The notes below the pieces were generated by a model. It was not told where the DNA came from. It did no database searches and worked only from the letters and a program-made list of their open reading frames with translations. A program made the translations under genes and the position numbers. Below, in pieces: positions 1 to 13,152 of a stretch of DNA of 64,000 nucleotides. Source of the DNA: Azolla caroliniana (lineage: Eukaryota > Plantae > Polypodiophyta); NCBI GenBank assembly GCA_043228905.1, contig JBHGNT010000015.1, positions 12,090,001 to 12,154,000 of the forward strand, in the 5' to 3' direction. Numbering within the stretch: the first letter of the stretch is position 1; each line of letters starts with the position of its first letter.

Positions 1-1625
1 TGAATGGACCAAATCGAGTGGACTTGATTCTCGCGATACTGTTTTTGGGTGTGATGCGGCTATCTGTTTGCCGTACTGGCAATGCTTGCAGAAATAAGGA
101 TTGGAGAAGGAGAGTTTGGGGATGTATCCGGCTCTAGATAAATGGATAATATCGGCCTTGCTGAGGTGTCTGAGATGTATGCCATAGTGATGACACGGGA
201 ATATAAACCAGGAACAAGTCAACTTCTTTGAGTGTGACATATAGTGGGTACAGTGAATGTACTTTCATACCTCGAGCAAGCAGGAGGTTCCCCCTTGTGA
301 AGTGTCCATCCTCTTAATGAGAAGCCAACACATATGCCGTCTTCATCCAATTGTCCGACTGAGATCAGAGGTCTTGAGAGCTCAAGTGCGTGTCAAACAT
401 TGTGTAGTACAAGTGGAGAACCTCTTGGGAGGTTGAGTTCTACAGTGCCAATTCCAATGATAGCACAATGTTGCGAATTTCCGACTCGAACTGAGTCGGA
501 GTGTCGGGCTGAATATTGCTGAAACTAGGATCTGTGAGGGGTCACATGGTAGAACGCACCTGAATCCAAGAGCCATGTGCTTGATTCCTCAGTCATAAGT
601 AGAACTTCTAATTCGACTGGGTTTTCAATGGATAGTATGTTCGCATCGGTTGACAATACTTTGGCTGAGGAGCGGATGTAATTTACTTCCTCATGCCAAC
701 CACTCTTCATGGTAGAACACACCCGAATCCAAGAGCCATGTGCTCGATTCCTCAGTTATAAGTAGAACTTCTAATTCGACTGGGTTTTCAATGGATAGTA
801 TGTTCACATCGGTTGACAATACTTTGGCTGAGTGTTAGCTTGATTCCTTCTGGAGGGTTTTCGTTCTTGATCGGGTCTATCTGACCCTTGACTATTAGGT
901 AGTCTTCCATCTGTTCCTTCCAAAAGTTGAAGTTCAATCCATCGAACTTCCTTAGACTCATCTCTGATGAGTTGGATGTTGATGATTCGGAGTTTGTTCA
1001 AAGTCAATTACGAATGGAGGTGAGATGCAGCCAGATTTGAACACAAGTCGAATCAAATTCGACTAATGAAACAATTGGGTGCTAAACTTGTTCAGAGTGG
1101 CTACGATGAGTAGAGGGACAAAACCGACTGATCGTCCCGAATATCACCTAGTTGGATTGAGCACAATTAATTGCCAATTTGAGTCCTTCTAGAGGGTTTT
1201 CAAAATACCAAGCACAGTTTATGTGCCAATTATCCAGGCTGATCCCGCTTTAGGTGACTACGACAATAAGAGGGACAGATCCAACTAGCCTTCCCGAATG
1301 TTGTCTGACCGAATGAAGTGCAGAAGGGGGTTGTTCTTGGGGTAGGATCTGCTTTGAGGGATCACGACAAGAAAGTAGAAAGTGCCTAACCTGGTAAAGC
1401 ACGATCGAGGCCGACTTGATGGAGATTCCACTCCTAGTGGCTCTAATCATAGAAGCAAGGTACAACTAACTGGCTTACATTAAGAGTGATCTAGCGAAGC
1501 AGAGTACGAATCTTCAGTTTTCTTTCTCTTGAACGCAGGATCTTTAGGAAGACATGGGCCAACGAGTTGTTGAAAGCAGATGACGTCCAACATCAAGTTA
1601 AAGAACCTTGAGCTTTGATACCAGA
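1..1625 (-). pseudogene. Degenerate Ty1/Copia internal region (5' UTR, partly deleted gag, protease, GAG-pre-integrase); runs off the window start
   Basis: Minus-strand translation gives EESSTWLLDSGAFYHVTPH, matching the intact element's protease at ~15820-15880. PBS TGGTATCAAAGC lies at 1612-1623 on the minus strand. Confidence 0.85.
546..831. repeat. Direct repeat of ~125 bp within the Copia protease region
   Basis: atggtagaac...tactttggctgag occurs at ~546-669 and ~709-831. Confidence 0.85.
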
Positions 1626-1979
1626 TGTTGTAGTCTGAGACCGTCAGAGCAAAAACATAAACAACTCCTTGATACAAAGATAACCTAGTTTGCAAGTTAA
1701 GATATAGCAAGTTCAGAGAAACAACATGAGAGAGAGAGAGAACAAAGATAGATAGAAAGAGAGCCACAAAAGATGCAACTTTGTTATTCAAGCTCTAAGT
1801 TACAAACGAATGGCGGCAACAACCACAAAGATGAACAACCACCACAAACTAGGTTACAAAACCCATTATATACTAACTGGCCTAGGGCAACTGCCCTTCG
1901 ACATATTTATAGAATTGTCCTAAATCTTGTTTGTCCAAGATACAATGTGAATACGGCAATTATAGACCAGTATTCGACA
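1626..1979 (-). mobile_element. 5' LTR of the minus-strand Copia element
   Basis: TG...CA termini (tgttgtag...tattcgaca) adjacent to a tRNA-iMet-type PBS. Shares the agggcaactgccc motif with other Copia LTRs in the window. Confidence 0.8.
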
Positions 1980-2054
1980 TCCTCGAAGTAGCAAGGACCA
2001 TGCTAAACGAGAAGCACATGCCAAAGTCAGATTGGGCCAAACCAGCAAATACTG
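1980..2054 (+). pseudogene. Short Copia integrase remnant
   Basis: ILEVARTMLNEKHMPKSDWAKPANT resembles HIVEVACAMMNEKSLPKSY*AEAANT in the element at 54884-59961. Confidence 0.6.
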
Positions 2055-2860
2055 ATGAGTCATATTGTGTCAAAAGTCACCACTACTTTCTACACATTAA
2101 CTATGTGTCATAGAATCATATTCTTTGACACATAACTAATGAGTTCCATATTCCTTATGAATAATGAATCTCCATATTCCCCATGACTAATGAGTCTCCA
2201 CATTCCCCAAGACTCTAGAGAGAAAGTGAGCATTTTAGTGAGTTAATGAAGATAGAGGGTAACCCTATATAAAGCACGCTCCTCCTGCAGGCCTCCTGCT
2301 TTGTAACTGTCGGTTAATCGCCCTTGTAATGCTATGTCTTTGTACTTGCTATTCTCCTTTATAATATACATCTTGAGTATTCTCTTTATCTTGTGTCTCT
2401 CCTCTTTTCTCTTTCACACACACATAACACACATCTCTAATCTATTTCCACTGCATAGAATCACACTCGATTCTTTACAACTCTCTTTATATAGGTGCTC
2501 ACATGCATATGATGTATGTGAGGGCACATGAGATGCATGCAATGCATGTGATGTATGATCACCATTTGGCGTTACATGTGTGGATGATACTCGTCTTTCT
2601 CATGTGAGTTCCTATGCATGATAGTCATCCTAATGGTTTATACCTTATATTTAATGTATAGGTTATAGGTTCAAGCCTCACAAATGTCATTGGATATAAT
2701 ATTTGTGTTTGTTTTTATATCGTGAAGCAATTGCTTCATGACAACATAAATCAACTTTATGAATCATTTGCCTACACTAAGTTACTAATAGTATGTATGT
2801 GTTCAAAATGTTGACCTTCTCAACACTTTGTTAGAGAGTGTAAAAGAGAGTTAGAGTGTG

Positions 2861-2863
<3 letters not shown>

Positions 2864-2904
<41 letters not shown>
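2864..2904. repeat. (GA)n microsatellite
   Basis: About 20 GA units. Confidence 0.95.
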
Positions 2905-2907
<3 letters not shown>

Positions 2908-3959
2908 GGGATTTGATCAAGGTGATATGAATAAGATAAGTTTTACTATGTCAAAGAGATAATTACAACTAGGGCATGATGTTAAGAGTCTATTGCTAAT
3001 CAATATACCAATAATAATTCTACACATGCCCCTATTTTCACATAATATGAAAAAGAACCCCTCCCTATTTACATCTAATACCCCCCCCTTTTTCCTAAGT
3101 TTAACCTATTTGCCCCTACCACCCACCCATATAGAAAATCAAACCCCCATAGCTCTTATAAACCCCCCTGTCACCCCTAACTAAAACTCTAGCTTATATG
3201 TCTAAACCAAAAAAGAGGTAGTGAGACGTGCTAAATGAATTAGTAAACGATTTAAGCACGCCTTCCACCCCTGTAAGCATATTTTTTACATACTAGATAG
3301 GCCCCCTTTAACGTGTGATACGTACATGTGGCTAAGTAGAGCAAACTCCCATTTCCCCTTGTCCCCTTACACTAACTCACATGCTAAAAACTCAAATACT
3401 AGAAAACCACAAACCAAAATTTGGACTCCTCTCCTAAGGAAACCTATAAAGAATACCCCTTCTTAGGAAACTCTCCTCTTCAATGTATGAATACCCCTTC
3501 TTAGGAAGGAGACACATATTAAGAACACATGTATACTCTAGTCCCATAGGTCAAATTTGGCCTCTTTATGGACGATAAAAATTCTAATTCTAATTCTAAT
3601 TCTATAATTAATAGTAGGATCCACAAACACTCTAATTATACCCTCTCTAAACACGAGACACAACTCCTTAGCCTAGGTTTGAAACACATCCTTCCATCTT
3701 CCCGAATCCCCACCATCACCTCTTCAACTTAAACAATTTTTCAAAGATGAGGATAATTCCTCCTTAAATTCCTGTAAAGAATCGATGGTGATTCTTGTGC
3801 AGAGGAATAGGTTAGAGATATGTGTTATGTGTGGAGAAGATGGGGGAAACAGAACTATAAGATATCTCACATAAACAGGAAAATCTCAGATCCAGCAATA
3901 TATAATCAGACCCAGAACCCATTAGTTCATTTTGAGCATTTGAAGCACGAGCTGAACTT

Positions 3960-4112
3960 CGTAACTGAACGTGGAGGCCATGCAACTAAAGTAAAGGTTA
4001 TGTGGGACGTCGTAACTGAATGTGAATTCCATGCAACTAAAGTAAACGTTATGTGGGACGTCGTAACTGAACGTAAAGTCCATGCAACTAAAGAAAACGC
4101 CATGTGGGATGT
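3960..4112. repeat. 51-bp tandem repeat, about 3 copies (about 2 copies in the duplicate at ~8439-8540)
   Basis: The unit cgtaactgaacgtggaggccatgcaactaaagtaaa(g/c)gttatgtgggacgt repeats head to tail. Confidence 0.85.
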
Positions 4113-4510
4113 ATGCAATTGAATTGGGGATGCAAACTGGAATTCCTTCATGCAAGTGTATCGTCGAGTGGTAACAGGGGGAATCCTAAGGGGGGAGAGC
4201 AATTTTTTTTCTCATAGAATCTTAGAATTTGGAAAGAGAAAAGGAAATCAATTAGAAACCCTAACTCTAAATTTTGCTAAGCCATATCTCAAAAACCCTA
4301 ACCCTAATTTTTCTTATCCAAGCCATATCTCCGTTAATCTATTAATCTATTAATCTCTGAAAGCCTAAAACTTTTGTATTCCCAATCTTGGGATAGATTG
4401 TAATTTTTCTTTTTCTTTGCTAATGAAAATTACCAAACTTTCTCATTTCCGTTATTTCTTAAAACACAAATGCATGAATCTAGTATCCTCTAGTCGGAGG
4501 CCCCGGGATC

Positions 4511-4936
4511 TTGCCTCAAGTTCACGTGTCGTATCTTCACGACAGCAGTAAATTGGATTACCAATGTTTTGGCCCGTACATGGTCATTAGTAAAATAAGT
4601 GATGTTGAGTTTCGTCTTGGCCTCCCTCCGCACATGCGTCTTCATCCGATGTTTCATGTATCCCTTTTGGAACCTTACGCCACAAGTTCAATTCCGAGTC
4701 GTCTTACAACTCCCCCACCACCTGTTGAGTTCTTAGAAGGGCCCGAATTTGAGGTTGCTGTCATTCTCGATTCTAAAATCGTGCGCAACAAGTTGTATTA
4801 CTTGGTTGATTGGTTAGGCTATACCCCCAATGATCAAAATTGGGAACCTGCAGCAAATCTTTCCAATGCCGCAAACATGGTCACCGCATTTCATCACCAA
4901 TATCCTCATAAACCAACTCCTAGTACAAACCCTTGA
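4511..4936 (+). pseudogene. Ty3/Gypsy chromovirus integrase C-terminus (GPY/F motif plus chromodomain), Tcn1-like
   Basis: FGPYMVISKI...LHPMFHVSLLEPY...EFEVAVILDSKIVRNKLYYLVDWLGYTPNDQNWEP. A purine tract follows at 4955-4969. Confidence 0.85.
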
Positions 4937-4969
4937 CCTGTGAGACGTGTCGTCGAAGAACGGGAATAG

Positions 4970-5496
4970 TATCATGATGACACTCACATTATGCCTCAAA
5001 AAGATTTGAACCCACGACCTTGTTATGCACATATCAAATCCTTAACCATTGTAATAGTATTTATATATATATTGTTTTTAGAATATATAATCTAATATCA
5101 TAAGAATATTTGATATTACTCTACATTCTAGAATGACTTAGAATATTCTATATACTAGAACCTTCTAGAATAATCTAGAAACCTTCCAGATTACTCTATA
5201 TTCTAGAATGTCTTAGAATATTCTAGAGTATTCTATATTACTCTATAGGAACTCATAAATAGGGATCTATCAATCATCCCAAAACCAAATTGGTTCAACG
5301 TCATTCTATAGCTCTCTATTGCCTACTCTCTGTTATCCATCTTACAACGCAAGATAATACTTTTCTTTTAATTCTCTCTCTCTTTGTTTGTTGTAATTAC
5401 CTTACCCTAGTGGTAAGTTCTTAGCACTACAAGCACTGCGTTGTGGGTTCGAAACCCAACTTCCTCACCTCTCTATTATCTCCTTAATTCACTAGA
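4970..5496 (+). mobile_element. Probable 3' LTR of the chromovirus (right end approximate)
   Basis: Starts tatcatga (degenerate tgtca) straight after the PPT. Contains ttctagaa repeats and a cataaatagg TATA-like site. Confidence 0.55.
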
Positions 5497-6619
5497 TGTG
5501 AATGTGGAATGTAGGGGGTTGAACCCATGACCACCTGGTCTCCATTGGGCAACCTTACCAACTCTCTCTCTCTCTCTCTCTCTGATTTTTTTTTGATAGG
5601 TTAAAGGTCAAATGAATGTAAAAAAACATGGGTATATTCTAATTTGTGTGGAACTATCCTTTATTTGGTACGAATTCTTAGTGGCCAATGGGTTTATCAT
5701 GTTAAAATGGCCATTTTTTGTGTTGATTTATTGTTAACTATATTACATCAGAGCACACATACACCTTAAAGCTTGCAACAATAAATTACAATATATTAAT
5801 GCTCACTTCGACTCATAGTATCTTTTCAAATGGGGAGCCATTTTTTGTGCTCCATGTCTTCCAAAGGCACTATAATTCTTGATTTTGACTAGTCTCCTAT
5901 TTTATCTTAGGAATTGTGGCAAAAGATACTTGTTTAAGGATAGTTGGGAAGCAAATTATCTTAGGACTTGGGACAAACCCCACTTGAGATATTGGGGAAA
6001 CCAATTACCTTTGGCAGTGGGACAAACAAATAAGAACAAGCTTAGGGGACTATAAATTGCCCTTTCCATCATTTGACATGTTGACATACTATTCATGATG
6101 TTAATCTTTTTCTTTCGAGTCCTTTATTCTATTATTAATGTATAAAATAATTAATATTTCGTGGATGGGGCAACAACGGTATTTTATGTTTTGACTTATA
6201 AGCTACCCTTTCCATCACATCACATGTTCCGATAATATTCCTTTTTCATCACTTGACTTGTTGTTGAGATCCTATTTGTGCTCGATTAAGCTTTTTTCTT
6301 TCGATCCTTTAATTCAATTATCAATGTATAAAATATGGTAATATTTGGTGGATGGGGCACCCTTGGTATTTTATGTTTGTCTTATGTCTTTCATTCAAGA
6401 GTGGTCAGTGTAGTTACGCACCCTTAATCCATTCTTTTCGTAATCTTTATAATTTCTTAGAATATTGTTATATTATTGTTCGTTATCTTTATTATCTCCT
6501 AGAATAGGCTATATCATTATTACAAGTCCGAATAATGGATTTATTTATTTAGGGGATACTTCTTCATGTCGTCTTCTAAACATGTTACATGGGTTAGGTG
6601 CTTCCAATATGTTGCAGGA

Positions 6620-7109
6620 AGATGAGAATGAAGGAGAATGGCTATAGTTCAACAAATTAACTAGTGCCAAATTCTTCAATGCAAAGACATCACTCCAAGT
6701 TGTTTGCAAAAGGGAGAAGCATGAAGCATTGATATATGAAATTCACGCATTTCCAAAGCTAGAGGAACGATATTGCTGAATAGGAATGTACGAGATGTTG
6801 CATGCAATATGTGTAAACATGTAAAAGTTGCCTCGTGCACTCTAATGTGCGACATAGAGATGGGTTACAATCACGTATGTTTTGGCATGTTATAATAGAT
6901 GGTTTTGCAATTATGCCTGTACGTTTGTGGCAATACAGGACTTGGTATTTGGAACAGAAGACCTTACAAACAAGGTGGAGGGTAGACCACAAACGAATAA
7001 AATAACCACGATAGTATGCAAGTTCTTGCTTAAAGATGTGATATGAAAATATGAATGTGTAAGAAATTTTGTGGTAAATAGAGGCAAGCTAGATGTAGTG
7101 AAGCAGGGG
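6620..7109 (+). pseudogene. Gypsy integrase remnant (duplicate of 12684-13152)
   Basis: Translates to LVFGTEDLTNKVEGRPQ...VCKFLLKDVI*KYECV...NRGKLD. Confidence 0.6.
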
Positions 7110-8250
7110 TGATGACATTGGACATGCCTAGTCATCTATTATATGTGTGGTTGGTCGACTTGTTTGGAAGTGTTTGTGGATCTTCTTGATGAGAAACAAG
7201 CAAGAGAAGAGTAAGACTGAGATGGTGTTCTGCCCTCTTACAAAGTGTACACAGAAAAAAAATGTAGAGAGACATTTACACCAAGATAAACAAAGAGATA
7301 GACTGTATTATTCATTCAACCAAAATGTACAAATAGAAAGTTTCTCCTAGTTATACAAGAGGGAACCAAGCCCTAGTTATAGGGAGTGTTCACACTAGAA
7401 TACAATGGTCGTAGTAGGACTTTTAATCCAACAAACACCCCCATAAAAGGACTAGTCTAATCATTACAACACTTCAAGGGTGATCTCCCCCATAAGTCTA
7501 ACTATAATATAACTAAAATTACAAGCTATGAACTATTCTTCGAATCAGACGTGGTTGAGTTGGGTCCAATTGGCTTTGTCGACTCTTTGGCCTAGTTGGC
7601 ACTTCTGCCCAATCGACTCAGTTGGCTCTTTAGTTCATTTGGCGTGGTTGGCTCTTTGGTTCGTTCGGGTCTGTGGTCCTTTTCCTACTTCCTCTAATTG
7701 AGTTGTTCCATCCTCTTCTACTTGTTGTAGTTCTATACATCTCCTTAGTGCTTTGAAACAATTATCTGGGAACAACTTGGTGAGGCAATCGGCAATGTTC
7801 ACCTCGATATCAATCTTTCAAACTCTGAGTTTCTTGTCGGTGACGAGCTCCTCGAATGTGATGATATCGTACCTCTATGTGCTTCATCTTTGCATGATAC
7901 ACCGTATTTCGCACAATGTGTATTGGGCTCTGTGAGTTGCAATGCAAGGTTAGAGTAATATCGACGATTCGGCTCTTGGCCGAAAAATCAATCGACAATG
8001 GTTACAGCTAGAGATAGCTTCCTTGGTTGTTTCGGACACGGCAATGTATTCGGCCTCTGTTGTGGAAAGAGCCATACATTCTTGGAGTTTTGACCTCCAT
8101 GAGATTGCTCTCCCTACGTGGTGAACACATAACCTGATGTTGACTTTCAATTGTCGGTATTTCTGGCATAATCAGAGTCAATGAAACCTTCGACCTTGGT
8201 CAGATGTCCCGAACTAAATATCAATTGCATATATCTATTGTTCCCCCAAG
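7110..8250 (-). mobile_element. 3' LTR (~7110-7433), PPT and RNase H remnant of a minus-strand Copia, truncated at the duplication boundary
   Basis: tgatgaca...atccaaca is followed by aacaccccc. Minus strand gives ISWRSKLQECMALSTTEAEYIA and KHIEVRYH. Confidence 0.8.
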
Positions 8251-9764
8251 GTTACGCACATAGTGTGAATCGCAATCCTTCATGAATGTCTTAGTTGTTT
8301 CAATGTTTTCTTCTTCTTTACTGCTTTTCGTCCCTCACCCATCTTCTTTACATGGCCGAAAGAACGGCTAGAACGGCCGAATTGCTTGGAACAACCGAAA
8401 TGGTTTGGAAGGACTAGGCGATCTGTAGTGCACAGGCCGTAACTAAACGTGGAGGCCATGCAACTAAAGTAAACGTTATGTGGGACGTCGTAACTGAACG
8501 TGAAGTCCATGCAAATAACGAAAACGCCATGTGGGATGCATGCAATTGAATTGGGGATGCAAACTGGAGTTCCTTCATGCAAGTGTATCTTCGAGTGGTA
8601 ATAGGGGGAATCCTAAGGGGGGAGAGCAATTTTTTTTCTCATAGAATCTTAGAATTTGGAAAGAGAAAAGGAAATCAATTAGAAACCCTAACTCTAAATT
8701 TTGCTATCTAAGCCATATCTCAAAAACCCTAACCCTAATTTTTCTTATCCAAGCCATATCTCCGTTAATCTATTAATCTCCGTAAGCCTAAAACTTCTGT
8801 ATTCCCAATCTTGGGATAGATTGTAATTTTACTTTTTCTTTGCTAATGAAAATTACCAAACTTTCTCATTTTCGTTATTTCTTAAAACACAAACGCACAA
8901 ATCTGGTATCCTCTAATCGGCGGCCCCGGGGTCTTGCCTCAAGTTCACGTGTCGTATCTTCGCGACAACAGTAAATTGGATTACCAATGTTTTGGCCTGT
9001 ACTTGGTCACTGGTAAAATTCTATATTACTCTATAGGGACTTATAAATAGGGATCTATCAATCATCCCAAAACCAAATTGGTTCAATGTCATTCTATAGC
9101 TCTCTATCGCCTACTCTATGTAATCCATCTTATAATACAATATAATACTTTCCTTTTAACTCTTTCTCTCTATGGTAATTACCTTACCCTAGTGGTAAGT
9201 TCTTAGCACTATAAGCACCGCATTGTGGGTTCGAAACCCAACTTCCTCACCTCTCTATTATCTCTTTAATTCACTAGATGCGAATGTGGAATGTAGGGGT
9301 AACCTGGTCTCCATTGGGCAACCTTACCAACTCTCCCTCTCTCTCTCTCTCTCTCTTTTGATATGTTATAGGTCAAATGCGTGTAAAAAAACATGGGTAT
9401 ATTGTAATTTGTGAGGAACTATCCTTTATTTGGTAGGAATTCTTAGTGGTCAATGGGTTTATCATGTTAAAATGGACCCGTAATGGTTTCCAACTTGTAC
9501 AAAAGGGAATTAGCTCTTAGCTCTGAGGTGTAAAGGGCCTTTGGGTGCATCATTCTTTTTTTCCAAAAGACGAAGATATGATATTAGTATTAAGAAAAGC
9601 CCTAAGGCTAGACATGAAATATGTAAATTTAGGTAATGAGCCTTTGGGTGCCTCATTATCTCCAGTTTGCATACATTAAGAGCTAATTTCCGGTATTTTG
9701 CTTTTCCACACTAATTTATTGAGATATACAAGTTTTTTGTTTAATAATTTTCTATTTAATTCAA

Positions 9765-10077
9765 GGGAAAAGTACCAGGATACCCCTGGAAGTTCGTCTA
9801 TTTACCAGAATGCCCTTGAAAGTTCCAAATTTACCAAACTACCCCTATGTTCAAAATATTACACTTTATAAAGTAATTATACACTCAAATATTTGGTAAA
9901 TAGGGCTAGTTCAGGTCTATTTCTTCCATCTTTGGTAAATAGGGCTTGTAGATTTGAGTGTATAATTACTCTATAAAGTGTAATTTTTTGGACATAGGGG
10001 TAGTTTGGTAAATTTGGAACTTCTAGGGGCATTCTGGTAAATAGACGAACTTCCAGGGGTATCCTGGTACTTTTCCC
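9765..10077. mobile_element. Mutator-like (MULE) fold-back MITE
   Basis: ~125-bp near-perfect TIRs (GGGAAAAGTACCAGGATACCCC...GGGGTATCCTGGTACTTTTCCC). 9-bp TSD TTAATTCAA at 9756-9764 and 10078-10086. Confidence 0.92.
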
Positions 10078-10097
10078 TTAATTCAAATACCTGTTTT

Positions 10098-10488
10098 TTT
10101 CTTATTTAGTAATTGTGTATTTGATTAAAAGACCAAGATATTTCTTAATTAGTGTGGTAATTAGGGGTGTGTTAATTTTATATTAACTTAATAAGCCTTT
10201 GAGGCTTATGTGATTGCATGGAGTGGAGAGGTAAATGTTTTATGTGTTGATGTATAACATGTTGGTCTTTGACATCCCCCAATCCTTGTGTTTGTTTCTT
10301 ATTTAGTAATTGTGTATTTGATTAAAAGACCAAGATATTTCTTAATTAGTGTAGTAATTAGGGGTGTGTTAATTTTATATTAACTTAATAAGCCTTTGAG
10401 GCTTATGTGATTGCATGGAGTGGAGAGGTAAATGTTTTATGTGTTGATGTATAACATGTTGGTCTTTGACATCCCCCAATCCTTGTGT
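10098..10488. repeat. 197-bp tandem duplication
   Basis: tttcttatttagtaattgtg...catcccccaatccttgtgtt occurs twice and is essentially identical. Confidence 0.9.
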
Positions 10489-11414
10489 TGGCCTAGCATG
10501 AAGAAGACAATCCACAAGGAGTCAGTAGTAACAGTTGGAAGTGCAACACTCCAGGTGTGAGTTGTGTTGGCCTCTCAGGAAAACTTGATTCTCAAGCATG
10601 CACAAAATTAGGTTGCCTATATATAGTGGCATTCAAATGGCATCAAACCAATCCAAGTCAATCCCACTCTTAAACTAAGGTATTCAAAACCCGTCTCATA
10701 TCTTAATTTGATTCAATATTGTTTCTTTTACATATTCAATATTGTTTTGGGCCTTTGCCTTGGTAGATCATTGTTAGAATTATGGCACAAATTGTAGTGA
10801 AATATCCAACTATTGTAGAAACATAGTGGTTAATGTGGACATAAAAGTATATCCAAGAAACTAAAACATTGTGACCTATTTTTGTTACCCCAAATAGAAG
10901 AATATTTTGAGGAGCAACTAAGAGAACTTTGCCAACTTCTTGTCCAAACAATTATCGCTTATATTGATGGAACTACACATTGTTAGAAATTTTGATAAGC
11001 TCTCATCCTATTAATAGAAGGTTGTCCCACATGCATACCAAAACCATGTTGTCAAGTGCACTTGGGTCATATGATATTAAGCTTTTTTTATCGTAAGTAG
11101 TGAGTATTTTCTAGCCAGAAATATAAGATGCAAGAATATCCTACCATATCATCGATGACCATGGGCATTTTATGCGTTTTCCATGCCTCTCACTCTCACG
11201 GGGTTTGATAACATTATTATTTCGTAATGTGAATGTATCTCAATTGGTTTACATCACATAAATTGGTCTCTACAAATTTCAATCCAAATTATGTTTATCC
11301 TGGTATATGCCTTATCCTACTAAAATCACTTTAAATATGAGGGTGTTGTATAAACCTTCCATGTGTGAATGGGAACTCAATAGAGTAATAGTTCTAATGT
11401 TTGTATAAGAACCA

Positions 11415-11890
11415 CGTGATAGTACTAGCTAACTATTGGCTTATTATTGATTATGTGTATACGTTTACATGAGATTACACTAAGTGATATTACTAGCTAA
11501 CAATGGAATTATTATTGACTTCTATGAGGTTGCACATATGATCACCAAGTGATATATATTGGTAAAAGTTTTGTTTTTGACTTATTATTGACTATATTAC
11601 ATGAGACCACACATTAAAGCAATATATTAGTACTCACTTGACTCGTGGTATATTTTATCATGGGGAGCCATTTTTTGTGTTGATTTATTGTTAACTATAT
11701 TACGTGAGAGCACACATACACATTAAAGCTTGCAACAATACTACAATATATTAATGCTCACTTTGACTCATGGTATATTTTATCATGGGGATCTATTTTT
11801 TGTGTTGATCTATTGTTAACTATATTACATCAGAGCACGCATACACATTAAAACTTGCAACAATATTACAATATATTAATGCTCACTTCG
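11415..11890. repeat. Degenerate AT-rich tandem repeats
   Basis: Recurrent ttattattgac, tatattacatgag and caatatattaatgctcac units. Confidence 0.6.
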
Positions 11891-12683
11891 ACATGGAGCC
11901 ATTTTTTGTGCTCCATGTCTTCCAAAGGCACTATAATTCTTGATTTTGACTAGTCTCCTATTTTATCTTAGGAATTGTGGCAAAAGATACATGTTTAAGG
12001 ATAGTTGGGAAGCAAATTATCTTAGGACTTGGGACAAACCCCACTTGAGATATTGGGGAAACCAATTATCTTTGGAAGTGGGACAAACAAATAAGAACAA
12101 GCTTAGGGGACTATAAATTGCCCTTTCCATCATTTGACATGTTGTTGAGATACTATTCATAATGTTAAGCTTTTCCCTTCGAGTTCTTTATTCTATTATT
12201 AATGTATAAAATAATTAATATTTGGTGGATGGGGCAACAATGGTATTTTATGTTTTGACTTATAAGCTACCCTTTCCATCACATCACATGTTCAAATAAT
12301 ATTCCTTTTTCATCACTTGACTTGTTGTTGAGATACTATTTGTGCTTGATTAAGCTTTTTTCTTTCGATCCTTTAATTCAATTATCACTGTATAAAATAT
12401 GGTAATATTTGGTGGATGGGGCACCCTTGGTATTTTATGTTTGTCTTATGTCTTTCATTCAAGAGTGGTCAGTGTAGTTACGCACCCTTAATCCATTCTT
12501 TTCGTAATCTTTATAATTTCTTAGAATATTGTTATATTATTGTTCGTTATCTTTATTATCTCCTAGAATAGGCTATATCATTATTACAAGTCCGAATAAT
12601 GGATTTATTTATTTAGGGGATACTTCTTCATGTCGTCTTCTAAACATGTTACATGGGTTAGGTGCTTCCAATATGTTGCAGGA

Positions 12684-13152
12684 AGATGAGAATGAAGGAG
12701 AATGGCTATAGTTCAACAAATTAACTAGTGCCAAATTCTTCAATGCAAAGACATCACTCCAAGTTGTTTGCAAAAGGGAGAAGCATGAAGCATTGATTTA
12801 TGAAATTCATGCATTTGCAAAGGTAAAGGAACGATATTGGTGAATAGGAATGTACGAGATGTTGTAAAAGTTACCCCGTGCATTCTAATCTGCGACATAG
12901 AGATGGGTTACAATCACGTATGTTTTGGCATGTATTAATAGATGGTTTTGCAATTATGCCCGTACGTTTGTGGCAATATCGGACTTGGTGTTTGCAACAG
13001 AAGACCTTACAAACAAGGTGGAGGGTAGACCACAAATGAATAAAATAACCACGATAGTATGCAAGTTCTTGCTCAAAGATGTGATATGAAAATATGAATG
13101 TGTAAGAAATTTTGTGGTCAATAGAGGCAAGCTAGATGTAGTGAAGCAGGGG
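12684..13152 (+). pseudogene. Gypsy integrase remnant, left half (base layer of the nest)
   Basis: LVFATEDLTNKVEGRPQMNKITTIVCKFLLKDVI*KYECVRNFVVNRGKLD resembles the REDLTNQVEGRAL...VCRYG...DRGELD integrase type I recall from non-seed plants and fungi. Confidence 0.6.

Larger units (their letters stand above)
3960..8250 (+). repeat. Copy 1 of a tandem segmental duplication (copy 2 = ~8439-13993 plus 19420-19717)
   Basis: 3960-5710 aligns with 8439-9475, 5710-7952 with ~11665-13993, and 7953-8250 with 19420-19717. The ORFs at 6465 and 12529 are identical. Confidence 0.9.

Noticed and set aside
2054-2450. Possible additional LTR starting tgatgagtc with TATA and CT-rich tracts
   Set aside because: No partner LTR, TSD, PBS or PPT could be identified.
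3820-4202. ORFs with repeated VMWDVVTE peptides
   Set aside because: Products of the 51-bp tandem repeat, with no recognisable domain.
4255-4307. Telomere-like aaccctaa motifs (also at ~8683-8738)
   Set aside because: Only 2-3 scattered units, not an array.
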